From Octopus sinensis (lineage: Eukaryota), in the NCBI RefSeq assembly GCF_006345805.1, contig NC_042998.1, positions 6,138,001 to 6,202,000 on the forward strand: a stretch of 64,000 nucleotides of DNA, given 5' to 3'. This document shows, one piece after another, positions 1 to 14,065 of this stretch. Position 1 is the first letter of the stretch; each line of letters begins with the position of its first letter. The notes beneath the pieces were generated by a model that was not told the origin of the DNA, made no database searches, and saw only the letters and a program-made list of their open reading frames with translations. The translations under genes were made by a program, and so were the position numbers.

Positions 1-115
1 CAAAACAAACAGATGTATTAGTTTAACGCTCAGGAATAGAAAAAGTCTTTTACGTTTCGAGCCTACTCTCTTCTACAGAAAGGGATATAGAAAAAACAAG
101 GAGTGAAAAAAAAAA
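1..115 (-). mobile_element. Penelope-like element terminal repeat remnant
   Basis: Reverse complement reads tttctgtagaagagagtaggctcgaaacgtaaaagact...ttcctgagcgttaaactaataca, homologous to 43351-43565. The GAAGA...CGAAACG motif is typical of PLE tails (recall). Confidence 0.55.
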
Positions 116-684
116 AAAAAAAAGAGAAAAAAAATATATATAAGGGATGAGAAGAAATGGAGCACCATGTAACAATTAGAAGTTGATCATTAGTATTGAA
201 TGATCATAGTTTAATTATGGTTAAGATAACATTTACAGCTGTTTCTGTTTGTAATTTTTGAGGTAAACTTGCGATTATCTCATTCCATGTAACGATAAAC
301 TGATGGCTGGTGTTCAGATATCATCTTAACCAAGCTTGAAAAAATCAGCTGAGTGGTTAAGAAGTTTGGGTTGCAATTACCTGGTTTTCAGTTCAGTCCC
401 AGCACACAACACAATGGCGAAAGTATTTTTCAACTTTAGACCTGGGCTAATGAATGCCTTGTGAATAAATTTGGTAGGCGGAAAATGCATGGGAAGCCCA
501 TTTTATATTTGTTTGTGTGTGTGTCCCTCTCTCATCAGGGGTTAAGACACTCAGCTTGCAGTTACATAGTTTTGGGTCCAGTGCACAACACAACGGGGAA
601 AGTATGTTCAATTTAAAGTGTGTGTGTGTGTATGTGTGTGTGTTCCTTCTACAACATTGTATAACTGTCAATTTTATGTACTGT

Positions 685-1070
685 TACTCTTTTACTTGTT
701 TCAGTCATTTGACTGCAGCCATGCTGGAGCACCGCCTTTAGTTGAGCAAGTCGGCTCCAGGACTTATTCTTTGTAATCCTAGTACTTATTCTATCGGTCT
801 CTTTTGCTGATCCGCTAAGTTATGAGGATGTAAACACACCAGCATGGGGGGGGGGACAAACACAGACACACAAATGTATACACACACACATACATATATA
901 TATATATACATATACCCGACGGGCTTCTTTCAGTTTCCGTATAACAAATCCACTCACAAGGCTTTGGTCGGCCCAAGGCTATAGTAGAAGACACTTGCCC
1001 AAGGTACCACACAGTATGACTGAACCCAGAAACATGTGGCTTGTAAGCAAGCTACTTACCACACAGCCAC
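685..1070 (-). mobile_element. SINE family A (tRNA-like head, central TA/TG microsatellite, 3' arm)
   Basis: Matches the many other copies: head gtggctgtgtggtaagtagcttgc and tail caaatgactgaaacaagtaaaagag. Confidence 0.9.
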
Positions 1071-1670
1071 CCATACACATCAGATTTAAATATAAGTACT
1101 ACAATTAATTTTCCAGTTAAACCTTTCAAGGCAGTGCCCTATCATGGCTGCTATCCAATGACTGAATCAGATAAAACATAAGAGATAACTACAAGATAAC
1201 AAAAAGATATTGTGACAAATTCACATCAACAGAAGAAAGTAAGGAATGCAGACCACCAACATTAATTGTCCTGAACTGTAGGTTTTCACTTGGATAGGTT
1301 GCGCAATGCTTAGTTAATAGCTAATTATACTACTTCTCATTGTAGCATCTATATTTAATTAAAAGCTTCTACTCTTCCGCACATCACAGAGCCACTTGAC
1401 CTTTTCAAAATTCCCTGCCTAAGGCAACAGGTAATACATTCTTCATATCTAAATTAATATCCTTATAATATGAATGGATGGTTTAAGACTATCAGTGGGC
1501 AAACATTTGTCTTTTCTGAACTCAGTTCATAAGGACCTTATAAGTATTATTAATAACTGAAATACTTATAGTTTCAGAACAAACTGAAACATACCTTCTG
1601 TTAAAGAAATATTTCTATTGGCATTTTCACCTTTTATAAAGCAATTTACTAAACTGTTTAACTGTTTCCT

Positions 1671-1937
1671 GGCTTCCGTGCTGGTGGCACGTAAAAAGCA
1701 TCATCCGATCATGGCCGTTCCCAGCCTCGCCTGGCACCTGTGCCAGTGGCATGTAAAAAGCACCCACTACACTCACAGAGTGGTTGTCATTAGGAAGGGC
1801 ATCCAGCTGTAGAAACACTGCCTGATCAGACTGGAGCCTGGTGCAGCCCTCTGGCTTCCCAGATCTCGGTTGAACTGTCCAACCCATGCTAGCATGGAGA
1901 ACGGACGTTAAATGATGATGATGATAATGATGATGAT
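1671..1937 (+). mobile_element. Retroposon family B ((GAT)n tail, RTE-like 3' end)
   Basis: ggtggcacgtaaaaagcacccactacactc...aggaagggcatccagctgtagaaac...aacccatgctagcatgg...gttaaatgatgatg. Confidence 0.85.
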
Positions 1938-3737
1938 ATTCTGCATAATGACATCATTCAGAAAATATGACTTCAAGATAATGATTTCAATAATATCTAA
2001 AAGATGCTTCTTCTTCATTCCCTGTTGGTGAATGTAGCTTTGACTCGGAGAAATTGCTGCCATCAGACAGTATCCAACAATCATCAGGGATTTCAAGCCT
2101 GAACCGTAACACACTCTCATTGGTGGGTCAGCAGAGATGGCCAAATCACTCCTCATCATCTCCTCTTAGCTTCTAGCTTAACTCCTCTCTCTATCTCTAT
2201 AACCAGTGATAAGTTATTTGTGTAGCCTCTTCCATCCTAGGTACACCCACCTTTCACTCCTCTTATTCCAATGGTTTTAGGCATTCTCCAAACAGAGTAG
2301 AAAAGGAATCCCTTACAGTCAACCATGGAACCTCAGAAACACACGATTTTCCTGTCTACCAGTCTATGACCGTAACTGCATCTTTTTTGAACAAGTAATA
2401 ATAATAATTATTATTTTTCATATTTTTTCTTACATTTTTTAAAAAATACATTATGACATGGTTGTTAATTTCAATGTAATATTTTCAAGGCCATATTTCT
2501 AATGAAATACAGTGTCTATGTGTTTCAATTAATTGAGAAAATAATCAATAATTTGGAAAGATTTACTATGCTTGTAATTATTAAACTGGTGTTTGAAACA
2601 TTATATAACAAAGTGGTTCTTACATGAAATTATGTGATAATTTAAATGAAAAGTGTTATTTTAATTATGGAGACTTCAAACTGAGAGGTTTTGTATTATA
2701 GAACCAGAGAGACGATTTTCAGTTGGTTGATATAAAAAAAAATTACAACTCACATTTTGAGGCAGGTGTCAGATATTGAAACTGAGTTCTAGAATATCTT
2801 GTGTCATTTACCTTTCACTTATTTGGGCCACTGGACTGAAGTCATGCTGGGGACACTGCCTTCAACAAATCAACTGAAGCACTTAGGTTTTAAGACAGAT
2901 ACTGATACATTATTGGTCTCTTTATCTGAACTACCACCTCACGGAAACATAAACAAACCAACAGCATTATTGACAATGGATGGATAGGTGTCCCCACCTT
3001 GTTTCACATTTTGGCTAATGTACTCTCCAACCTGCATCAGGTGTTCTGCAGGATTTTTCAAACCCAACCCTTTATTTGACTAATCGGGTACTCTGTTCTC
3101 ATTCCTAAAGTATTCTTTTCTGCTGATGTTATTTTCAATTAATATTATTTCCCACGTCCCTGCCTGGGGTTGAACTCAGAATCCAAGGGTTAGTAAGCTG
3201 CGCTCTTATCTACAGGCCATATGCCTGTGAGTACAGAATAGTTAAACCAACAGTAGTTGTCAAACACATGGTGCATATACATAAATATATTAAGGACCAC
3301 CAAAAAGTTTCCATCTATCGAATTCACTTACAAGTTGACAAAAAGCTATAGTAGAAGAAAAGGTACTTGCCCCAAGCTACTGGGCAGTTGGATTGAACCT
3401 GAAGCAATATGGTTGCAACAAGGGCTTCTTACCATGAGGCCAGGTATTAAACTCAATAGTATTAATATCAAGCTGTTTTGAGCTCACTATACCCTACCTC
3501 AAGTTAATGTTTTCTACTACAGCCTCTGACTAGCCATGTCTAATTAGTGGATTTGGTACATGGAGACCTTAAGGACTACTGTCATCTATTCACATTCACT
3601 TTTATCCCGCGTGTGTGTTTGTGACCGTGTTTGTTTACATTCAGCACTTTACATGAAAAGAATTGAATCAGAAACAGTTGTTTCCAAACAGAAAAAGAAA
3701 AACAACAAAAACCAGAAAGGGCAAGTTTAATACAATA

Positions 3738-3900
3738 TAGGCGCAGGCGTAGCTATGTGGTAAGTAGCTTGCTTACCAACCACATGGCTCCGGGTTCAGT
3801 CCCACTGCATGGCACCTTGGGCAAGTGCCTTCTACTATAGCCTCAGGCCGACCAAACCCTTGTGAGTCGATTTGGAGGACGGAAACTGAAGAAGCCTGTC

Positions 3901-3941
<41 letters not shown>

Positions 3942-4318
3942 TTTTGTATATTATATTGATTATATTTATTTTTATATTTTGGTTTATGTTTTTCACTGTT
4001 TGATTTGCCTAATAGTGGTTTTATCTCTAATTTAATTTATATATATATATCATCATCATCATCATCATCGTTTAACGTCCGTTCTCCATGCTAGCATGGG
4101 TTGGACGGTTCGACTGGCTTTCCAGATCCCCGGTCGAACCGTCCAACCCATGCTAGCATGGAGAACGGACGTTAAACGATGATGATGATGATGATGATAT
4201 ATATATATAAATTAAATTAGAGATAAAACCACTATTAGGCAAATCAAACAGTGAAAAACATAAACCAAAATATAAAAATAATATAATCAATATAATATAC
4301 AAAATATTTACTCCCTAA

Positions 4319-4398
<80 letters not shown>

Positions 4399-4622
4399 AT
4401 GTATATATTTGTGTGTCTGTGGTTGTCCTCCCAACATCGCTTGACAACCGATGCTGGTGTGTTTACATCCCCGTCACTTAGTGGTTCGGCAAGAGAGACC
4501 GATAGAATAACTACTGGGCTTACAAAGAATAAGTCTAAGTTCTGGGGTTGATTTGCTCGACTAAAGGCGATGTTCCAGCATAGCCACAGCCAAATGACTG
4601 AAACAAGTAAAAGAATAAAAGA
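3738..4622 (+). mobile_element. SINE family A with a 375-bp palindrome in its microsatellite
   Basis: Head taggcgcaggcgtagctatgtggtaag at 3738; 3' arm at about 4410-4622. Confidence 0.88.
3936..4310. repeat. Near-perfect palindrome with ~179-bp arms
   Basis: 3936-4114 is the reverse complement of 4133-4310 with one 1-nt indel; 18-nt spacer. Confidence 0.92.
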
Positions 4623-4838
4623 ACAAGAAATCTTTTACATGAAAATGAATGAATAGATAAATAAATAAAACAGGCAAGAGTTGACAGCAAAAAAGGGGTA
4701 TCTGGGTACCTGGTTGCATAAACAATAACTCTGTAATATGCACCGTATTCACAGAAATCACATTAATAGGGGTGGTGGTGCTAGGGGATGGTGGGGTAGA
4801 AATGGACGTAAACTAACCACAGAGAAACTGAATATATC

Positions 4839-5071
4839 TATTTCTTTATTGCTTACAAGGGGCTAAACATAGAGGGAACAAACAAGGACAGACAGAGGGA
4901 TTAAGTCGATTACACTGACCCCAATGCATAAGTGGTACTTAATTTATCGACCCCGAAAGGATGAAAGGCAAAGTCGACCTCGGCGGAATTTGAACTCAGA
5001 ACGTAGCGGCAGACGAAACAACGCTAAGCATTTCACCCAGCGTGCTAACGATTCTGCCAGCTCGCCGCCTT
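4839..5071 (-). mobile_element. CORE-type tRNA SINE (family C)
   Basis: Head aaggcggcgagctggcagaatcgttagc; CORE-like gcctttcatcctttcggggtcgataaattaagtacc. Confidence 0.85.
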
Positions 5072-5634
5072 CAGAAACCGAATATATTTGTCCCTTTTAG
5101 AAGAGAAAACATTTCACTTTTATATTGGCTAATTATGGATCAGAAGCAGAGGACAGATATGAAAGTAATTCTATGTAGTTCATTTACTGCACTACAGGAA
5201 TCGCAAAGAACAAAAACCAAAAAAAAAACAAAAAAACATTGCTCTACCTGATAATACAATAGAATATGAAGTAACAGGAAGAGAAGGAGTGATTCCTGCT
5301 TTTCAAAGAGTGTATAGTGTAGTAGTTCATCCTTTGAATTTCCTAATGGATTTTTTTTTTGTTAGCTTTGTTTGTTTGGTGTTTTTTTTATTTTATTACT
5401 GCTATGTTTTTAGAGCAAAACTATGTCTATTCTTCAAGGTATCTCAGCAAGAAATGGGGAAATTGAAGTCGTTAACAGACACATGTCTTATTGGCCACAA
5501 AGGCTACTATCAGTCGAAAATGTAGATTCATGCAAATGAAATGAAATGAATACTTAGCAAGAAATAAACAAACAGATGAATAAGTACGTAAATAAATAAA
5601 TAAACAATACCAAAATTGCAACAATACACAAGAA

Positions 5635-5780
5635 ATAATAATAATAATGATGATGATGATGATGATGATGATGATGGTGGTGGTGATGATGATGATGATG
5701 ATAATGATAACAATAATGATAATAATAATAATAATAATAATAAGAAGAAGAATGATGATGATGATGATAATGATAAAAAA
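5635..5780. repeat. Compound (AAT)n/(GAT)n microsatellite
   Basis: Direct inspection. Confidence 0.95.
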
Positions 5781-6214
5781 AATTGACAAGTAGGATAAAA
5801 TGGAAGATGATTCTCAATAACGGTGAGCAGGGTGTAGATGGAAAAACTATTGTTAAATACCCACTCACACAATGAAACAAAACCTGGAATGTGTGTGTGT
5901 GTGTGTTGTGCATTTGGGATGGTGGGTGGTAATGTGTGTAAAGTCTACCACTGTTAATGGCTTGATGCGGCAAAATTAGCACAAATACTGCAAACATGAA
6001 CAAACAAAAAAAAAGCAAAAAAAAACAACGAAAAACCAAAATTTTCTGCTGTCATTTCCACTTACATTGTGTGCAGCTATTTCAGACTCGGTGTAAAAAT
6101 TAGAGATTTTTATTATAATCTTTCAAGGGATACAGTTATTTAATCCGTAAGAATGGCTGCCTTAATGGAGTCTATCTATTTAAGATATATCTCTTTTATC
6201 AAGTGATATACATA

Positions 6215-6350
6215 CAACCTTAAATATGCATGCATATACATATATACATATATACATATATATACATATATATATATATATATGTATATATATGTATATA
6301 TATATATGTATATATATATAATATATATGTATATATGTATATATATAATG

Positions 6351-6424
<74 letters not shown>

Positions 6425-6955
6425 ATATATAATATATATATATGTATATATATATATATTATATATATATATATATATATAACGTATATATATGTATATA
6501 TATATATATATTATATATATATATATATATATACGTATATATGTATATATATATATTATATATATATATATACACACACGGTGTGTGTATGTGTATATGC
6601 ATGTATGTATGTTATTAGATGTAAAGGAATCAGATTCTTTAAGAACTTTCCTACTTCACATATTGCTTTTTACATGATATTCAAAAGGACCGTGTGTGCG
6701 CATGTGTGTGTGTGTGTGTGTGTGTTTATTGGGTTTGTCAAATTGCGCTTATTTTTCTTCGTCTGTTTTTGTAAGTTTTAGCTGCTTTTCTTTCCCACCA
6801 CCCACATTTTTTTTTACTTTGCATTTGTTTTTTTGGGGTTTTTTTTTTACATTCTGTATTCTTTCATTTGCTAAGCTATCAACTTCTCACCATCATATTT
6901 ACCATAAGCCATAAGATAATGGTAATGTTTCACCAAAATTACAGTAACACTTCAT

Positions 6956-6988
<33 letters not shown>

Positions 6989-7424
6989 CATACATATATA
7001 CACACAAATACATATATATATATATATACACACACACATACATATATACATACATACATGTATACATACATACATGTATATATATACATCCATATATACA
7101 TACATACATATATATATATACATCCATATATATACATCCATATATATACATCCATATATATATATACATCCATATATATATACATCCATATATATATATA
7201 TATACACATATACATATATATACATACATATATATATACATATACATACATATATATACATCCATATATATACATACATCCATACATATGCATATATATA
7301 TATACATATATACATATTTATATATTCATACATATATATATACATATTTATATATACATACATACATACATATATATATGTATGTATGCATGCATGTATG
7401 TATGTGTGAATGAATGAATGAACG

Positions 7425-7464
<40 letters not shown>

Positions 7465-7631
7465 TACATATATACATATGCATATATATATACATATGCA
7501 TATATATATATATACATATATACATATTTATATATTCATACATATATATATACATATTTATATATACATACATACATACATATATGTATGTATGCATGTA
7601 TGTATGTGTGAATGAATGTACGTATGTATAT

Positions 7632-7676
<45 letters not shown>

Positions 7677-7680
7677 GTAT
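6215..7680. repeat. Two long (TA)/(CA)/(TACA) compound microsatellite blocks (6215-6610 and 6955-7680)
   Basis: Direct inspection; source of the YIYI-rich spurious ORFs. Confidence 0.95.
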
Positions 7681-8159
7681 TTCAGGAAGATAAAATGTTT
7701 GCTCCTAATCTGGGAGTTCTCATTGACAAAGGCTGTTAACATTTGTCATTATGTGTTAAATATCCAGTTTCTTTGCCCATGCATACAAACATTAAATATT
7801 GAACATTACAATTTGAATGCACCTGGAGTGCAATTACAATATGCTAGATAGCTCAAAACACACACACACACACACACACACATACATGCATATACATACG
7901 TGCATGTTTGTATTTCTATCTGTGCATGTACATATGTTTTATTAGTAACTGAAGCTCCTTGAACAACTCAGAGTTTCAGCTTGCCGATTATTCAAACAAT
8001 TTGAATTATTTGAATAATCAGAAACACGAAACTTCGATCCGTGGTCGCAAAATGATTCAGCCTCCAAGGATATACATATACAATTAGCTTTGTGCTGGAA
8101 ACAGTTTTTACTTCTCTGCAAACACAAAATGTTCTTTGCATATACGCATAATTACATGT

Positions 8160-8756
8160 CAGAGGGTGTGTGTGAGTGTGTGTGAATGTGTGTGTGTGTG
8201 TGTATGCGGGAGGTGAAGAGAGGGCAGGGAGAAGGAGGGTGTGTGTGTGTGTGAGTGTGTGTGTGTTTGTGAGTGTGTGTTGTGTTTGTGAGTGAGTGTG
8301 TGTGTGTGAGTGGGTTGTGTGTGTGTGTGTGAGTGTGTGTGTGTCAGTGTGTATGTGTGTGTGTGCGCGAGGTGAAGAGAGGGTAGAGAGAAGGAGGGAG
8401 AAGGAGGGAGATTGTGTGTGTGTGTGTGCATGGTGAAGAGAGTATAGAGAAGGAGGGAGATTGTGTGTCTGTGAGGGAGAGAGGAAGAGAGGGTGAGAGA
8501 ATGTGTGTATGAGAGAGAGGGAGAGACAAAGAGAGAGTGTGTGTATGTGAGAGAGGGAGAGACAAAGAGAGTGTGTGAGTGAGAGAGGGAGGGAGAAAGC
8601 GTGTGCATGTAAGAGAGAGGGTGAGGAAGAGATAGAGAAAGAGAGTGTGTGTGTGTGAGAGAGAGAGGAAAGTGTGTGTATGTGAGAAAGAGGAGTGCGT
8701 GTGAGAGAGAGACATAGAGAGAGGGAGACTGAGTGCATGTGATAGAGAGAGAGAGG

Positions 8757-8788
<32 letters not shown>

Positions 8789-8790
8789 CT
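8160..8790. repeat. (GT)n/(GA)n compound microsatellite
   Basis: Direct inspection. Confidence 0.95.
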
Positions 8791-8955
8791 GGGGTGCAAT
8801 GGTTGTCAACTTGGTTTTGAACATAAACCCCTTTTCTCACCAGAGAAATATGTCTGCAATAGGTTTGAGCGCATTTCTGCAATGGACCTTGATTTTGTTC
8901 TGTACTTTGATTGGGAAGGGGCCAAATGCAGAACAATTTTGTCAAAAATCACACC

Positions 8956-9178
8956 ACCACCAGCAGCCGTTCAAGAATTTGGACCTGGAGATCTCCATTT
9001 CCAGCAACTTCGAGGGCCACCTCCCAGTGGTGTCGGGCGTCAACAAACAGCCCTTGACTACAACAACACGACCAAAGTTTGTTTTTTTCCTCCCCAAGGT
9101 CTGGGGTCCCCCGTGCCTAAGCCTTAGACCATTACCTAATCACCCTTACCTGTCTTGTTGCTTAACAACAACAACAAC
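8956..9178 (+). mobile_element. Dispersed repeat family E with (AAC)n tail (probable retroposon 3' end)
   Basis: Homologous to the reverse copy at 30268-30530. Confidence 0.7.
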
Positions 9179-11150
9179 CAGAAGCAGCAGCTGAAGCTAT
9201 GAGCATTGATTCAAAGAGGATTTTCAGCCCAACAACAGATGAACAAACATTAAAGGACAGTAGTGGTCCATGGGGTGGATATAAGCATGTGTACTCTAAC
9301 CGCATGTATGTTTATGCGCATACATTGAGGGCTGTAAACATACAAGAATGTCATATTTGCCTCTCGTGTTTGCCTCTTATTATTTCAGAGATAACACGTC
9401 TGGCTCTTGGTAGAGCAATGATTCTGTTAGAAAACACTGATGAATGACAGAAAAAAATTAGTTTCCCCTATTACGTTAAAGTGCTCATGACTCCTTCAAA
9501 AGAAGGTAAACAAGGTTATTAAGATTTCTGATATCATGCATTTCAGAACTGGCTGACTGACGTAGTCATATGAGCAACTGTGATGTACACAAATTAGCAG
9601 TTTAATAATAAAGTGTTATAGTTCAATCCCAGTTCAGTCTCATCAATCAGGCCTTTGATTAATCAGGTTTCAGTTGCATCCATCATCCTCCATTCAGCCA
9701 TAGTGCACACCTAGTTTTCGTGTGTCATTTTTAAATACATATATATATATTTCCCCCCCCCCCTATTATTCAGATGTAATAAGTGTGAGATTAGTGGAAT
9801 CAACTTTGTTGCAAATATCTGGGCCGGGTCGCTGCTGTGAAAATATCTTCTTGCTCTCCTCCCAATACTCTCATAGACCCTATAAAAAGACCGTGTGACT
9901 CTATGACTGAGAGAGAGAGAGAGGGGGGAGGGAGGGAGAAAGAGAGAGGGAGAGAGAGAAGTAGGGAGAGTAGTCAAGGAAATGGATTCTAATTAGGTGC
10001 ATTCGTATATTTTTTAATATATATAATGCTGGCAATAATGAAAATGAGAGCTTTCTAATAAACTGCTAATAAATATGGTTTGAAATTTTGGGACAAATGA
10101 CCAGCAGTTTTTTGGGGGTTTTTTTAGGAGAGAGTGAAGTTGATTACATTGACCCCAGTACACAACTGGTATTTACTTTATGAACCTTGAAAGAATGAAA
10201 GGCAAAGCTAACTTTGGCATAACTTGAACTCAGAATGTAAAGACAGACCGACAATGCCAGTAAAAGTATCTTTTAGCTTGCCATCTTTAGTGCATTCCAA
10301 ATGTGAAAGTAATCGTGAACCCTGTTGTCATTTCTTTTTCAACATATTCAGTTTCCCTACACAGCAATCAATATTTCCTAAAATCTTGTTCAACCTTTTC
10401 GAAACACTGTTTCAAATTTTCATTATATTCACATCAAATGACTTCCTCCAACACAAACACCTTTGACACATTCCAACACCACACACACACACACACACAC
10501 ATGCACATTTGTGTACACGATACATATTAAGAGACAAAGAGAGAAACAGATAGAGGAACCAGAATTCATGTACTGCATTAAATATTAAAACAATATTCTT
10601 TAGGCTTATATAGTGTTTCTCTAACAGGAAATGGAAATCGAAAACAGTGTTTGTAGCGAAGAGACGTAAAGCAGGATATATCTTTAATATCCTTATAGTG
10701 ACATACAATAAATATACACTGAAATTATTATAATAGTGAAATGGTCTAAACGGCCAGGAAATGTAATACAAAATAAAGCAAAATACTAAATGATATGAAA
10801 TACTATGTCAGAAAGTAGTTACAATTCCAAACAGCAAGCATCTTGACAAGAAATAATTGCTGTGCCTTGGGCCCCCAACTCCTGATGGAATTGTAGGATT
10901 ACCATCATGACGGTATATTTGTAGCAGTTTTTGACCCATTTGAGCCCCATTTCGCTCTCCAGGTTTGACCACAGTCATAGAGAATGAGAAAAGGTTTAAT
11001 CCTAGTATAACTCAGGTACATAATTTAGTGATGACAAAAATGATGACGTGCGAAGTTAACCTCAGACCCAGCTGTAGCTGGAGCAAAGTGGACTGGAATG
11101 AATACAAGGCAATTTCTCTGACACACTAACAATTCTGTCAGCTACCTTAA

Positions 11151-11370
11151 TTCTTTTGTTACCATATTTCTGTTGAGATGCTCTGTGTTTCTTCAAATTA
11201 TTTTATATATAATAAAGAATTTAGTAAAATAACTTGGTTATCATTAAGCTAGTGTTAGGAACATAAATTGTAACTAAGGTCTGGTGGAAGATTTTAATTC
11301 AAAACTTATGAAAACAAGGCATTTGTACCCAGAGCCAGAGCCGGTTTCAGCAGGGTTGGTAACGGAAGGG
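11151..11370. mobile_element. piggyBac-like MITE family P2
   Basis: TTAA on both sides; ends ttcttttgttacc / ggtaacggaaggg. Confidence 0.75.
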
Positions 11371-14065
11371 TTAATGAATTATTGCAACACCATAAACACG
11401 CTTCCTTTCCTGACTGTTTGCTCTTCCTAGAATTCCCTGTTGCACATATTTTTACTTGCAACCATTTAACACTTCCGTTAACACATTTCTGTTAAAATGC
11501 TAAATCTTCACTTCAATTAATTTTGGATATAATGAAGAATCTAATAAAATAACTTTGCCATTATTAAAATGATGTTTGGAATGTAAACTGACCTGAAATT
11601 TTAATGGTGAGTTTTAATTTATATCACTTGAACCTTTTGGCATTGAAACTGGCCATATCTGTCCCAATTATTCTACCTGTTTAATGTTCAAACAGGCCAG
11701 ATCTGGTATCTCACACCTATCCTATATTATCATTCTAAAAATAAACAATAATATCATTGCAATCTCAAAGCTACAAAGTAATCTATATATATAAAGCTGA
11801 AGTTGTGTGTGCGTGTGTGGCAGGTTTGGTAGCCTTCAACTAACACTATCTCCTCCGAGACCCAGCGGCGCAAGTTGACCGAAATTGTGAGTATGATAGA
11901 AGAAGGCTTGCTCTTCATTCCAAAGAAGAAAAAATTCAAATCCGACCATGTTAACACCAAAAATTATTTACATCAAAAAGGTGCTTTTTTTCTATGAAAA
12001 TCCCTTTTTTACGATTTTTTAACTGCTGTGTTGCCATTTTTCAGTTTATTTCAACTAGAAAAATGTTCACTTAAAGAGAATAACAAGCTACATAATGCAA
12101 AATTTTTACTTTTCAAAAATTGCAATTCTAAAGGGTCGAAAAGAAAACAAACCTGAGCAACACTGGGTGATACAGCAAGTGTGTGATGTATTCAAAACAA
12201 TGTGAATAAATGAGAATCACATTCAACAGAATAATGGTGAAGGGTCAAACAGAAATTTGGAATCATAGAAGAAGGGACAGTCTCATAAGTAGGAGTAGGT
12301 GTCATAAGGGTTAAAAGGGATGCCAACCATGTCTTACCAGTCTTAGAGAGACTGAGTGTGCCATGAACATAGAGCAGGCAAATGCAAAAAAAAAAAATTT
12401 TAAAAAGGATGAAAAAGAAGAAATTAGAACAGAATCATTTTGATTCTCAGAATTTCTTGAAATAAATTCATGATTGTTCTCCTACTACGTTTTGGGTGTA
12501 TGTATAGGGATGGTGGGGTGGGGTGGGGGGCAGACATACATACAGAAATAATATTTAATCTAAACATTACAATGAATGATACTGCTAAATAGAGTTTTCG
12601 TTTCGATATATTTTACCATTCGAAACAAGCATTTGTTTTATTTTCAACACAAGGAAAAATAAATAAAGGCAGTATGTAATGTTATATGACCTCTCTTAGT
12701 TATTAATTTATTGTTTTTTTTAACATGCATCTCAATCTCATCTTTGATGGAATTATTTCAAACAGTCTTGCAACATATTCTGTTCAGATTAAGGATTTGA
12801 TTATAAAAGAGTTTAATTTTTATATTTCATTGTAGTTGTTGTTCTTTTCGATAATAAGTGAAAAATAAAAAGGAAATAGACTGCTAAACTTCCATTCACC
12901 TCATATAAGATAGGAAGTCACGCTGAAAGCACAAAAAAAGAGCAAATCATGTGTTTAAAAACACATACACCCCTAAGCACAAAGCTTCTTTCAAAATAAG
13001 ATAAACACATCATCATCATCATCACCAGTATTATAGTCATCATTATCCTCATGATCATTGTTATCATCATCAACATTATGATCGTCATCACTGTCATCAT
13101 CATTATCATCAATTACTAATTATTTTGACAGAATCATTAGTGTCAGAAAAGTGTTCTTTGTTATATTTATTCTGGCAATTTATGCTTAGGGGTCAAATCT
13201 TACCAAGGTCAACTTAGCTTTTCTTTATGTAGGGGTTGATGAAATATAACACCAGTCAAATGCTGAGGTTGAAGGTACCCTCCTCTAACAATTGCTGGCA
13301 TTCTGTAGGGCTCTTCAGCTGTATTTGTATTTTCACCCTTCAAGGCAGCATTTACGAATATTTCTGTGAAAAATGCTTATTTCTTGGAAAAAGAGAGGGG
13401 TGTGAACACTGATTAGAAAAGATATACCTTTTCTATGCTAAATCAAAACACTATTTTTACTACCATTTCAACCAGTGCCAACCAATACCAAAACAACAAA
13501 ATTGGAAATGATAACGGCAACAAAAATGAGAACAGAGAGACAAAACAATATCAAACTTTTGTGACTATATTTCTAGTCTAAAAGTCGCCCCTTTTGTGTT
13601 ACAATAAAAATATAAAATAATTCTGAATTCAGCCTGGTCTAATAAAATAATTCCATCTTTTTTTATCTGTCAACATATAAATTTGATTTTTGGAACACAA
13701 TTTAACAAAAGGTTCTTAACTGAATCTGTTACACAATTTCTTTCTGAGAGTGAATTTAACGAGAGTGAATCTAATATGTAAAATCTTACAGGTAAATACA
13801 GATAAATTCAACAATAATATAAAATTATTTAAATTTTGTTTAAACATCAGCATAGAAAATGAGTTGTTAGTTAATACTCAACGAGTAAGCAACAACATTT
13901 TTTTTTATACAGAAGAATTGTGCAAATTACCAGATTATTTGTCAGTTGCACATAATGCAGGTAAACCATGAAGGTACAACAGAACAAAATAGGTGTACCA
14001 TAAAGGTAAAACAACAAAATACTGGGCTTTGTTGTTGAAGAGAACTAGGCAATGAAAAACATCTA

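Noticed and set aside
7821-7843. Minus-strand CATATTGTAATTGCACTCCAGGT resembling DEAD-box HIVIATPG
   Set aside because: It needs a 1-nt insertion to read ATPG, has no RLADH continuation, and lies on the wrong side (downstream) of the DEAD exon.
7992-8116. Minus-strand acceptor followed by (R)EVKTV, phase-compatible with the DDX49 donor
   Set aside because: The following residues (SSTKLIVYVYPW...) do not match the expected L-Q-Y...VKDAYL, and the frame soon stops.
5472-8945. Long ORFs in the track (YIYI-, HT-, SL- and poly-I/H/S-rich, up to 317 aa), likewise at 19870-20567, 37240-37567 and 52670-53513
   Set aside because: They are translations of microsatellites lacking stop codons and carry no coding signal.
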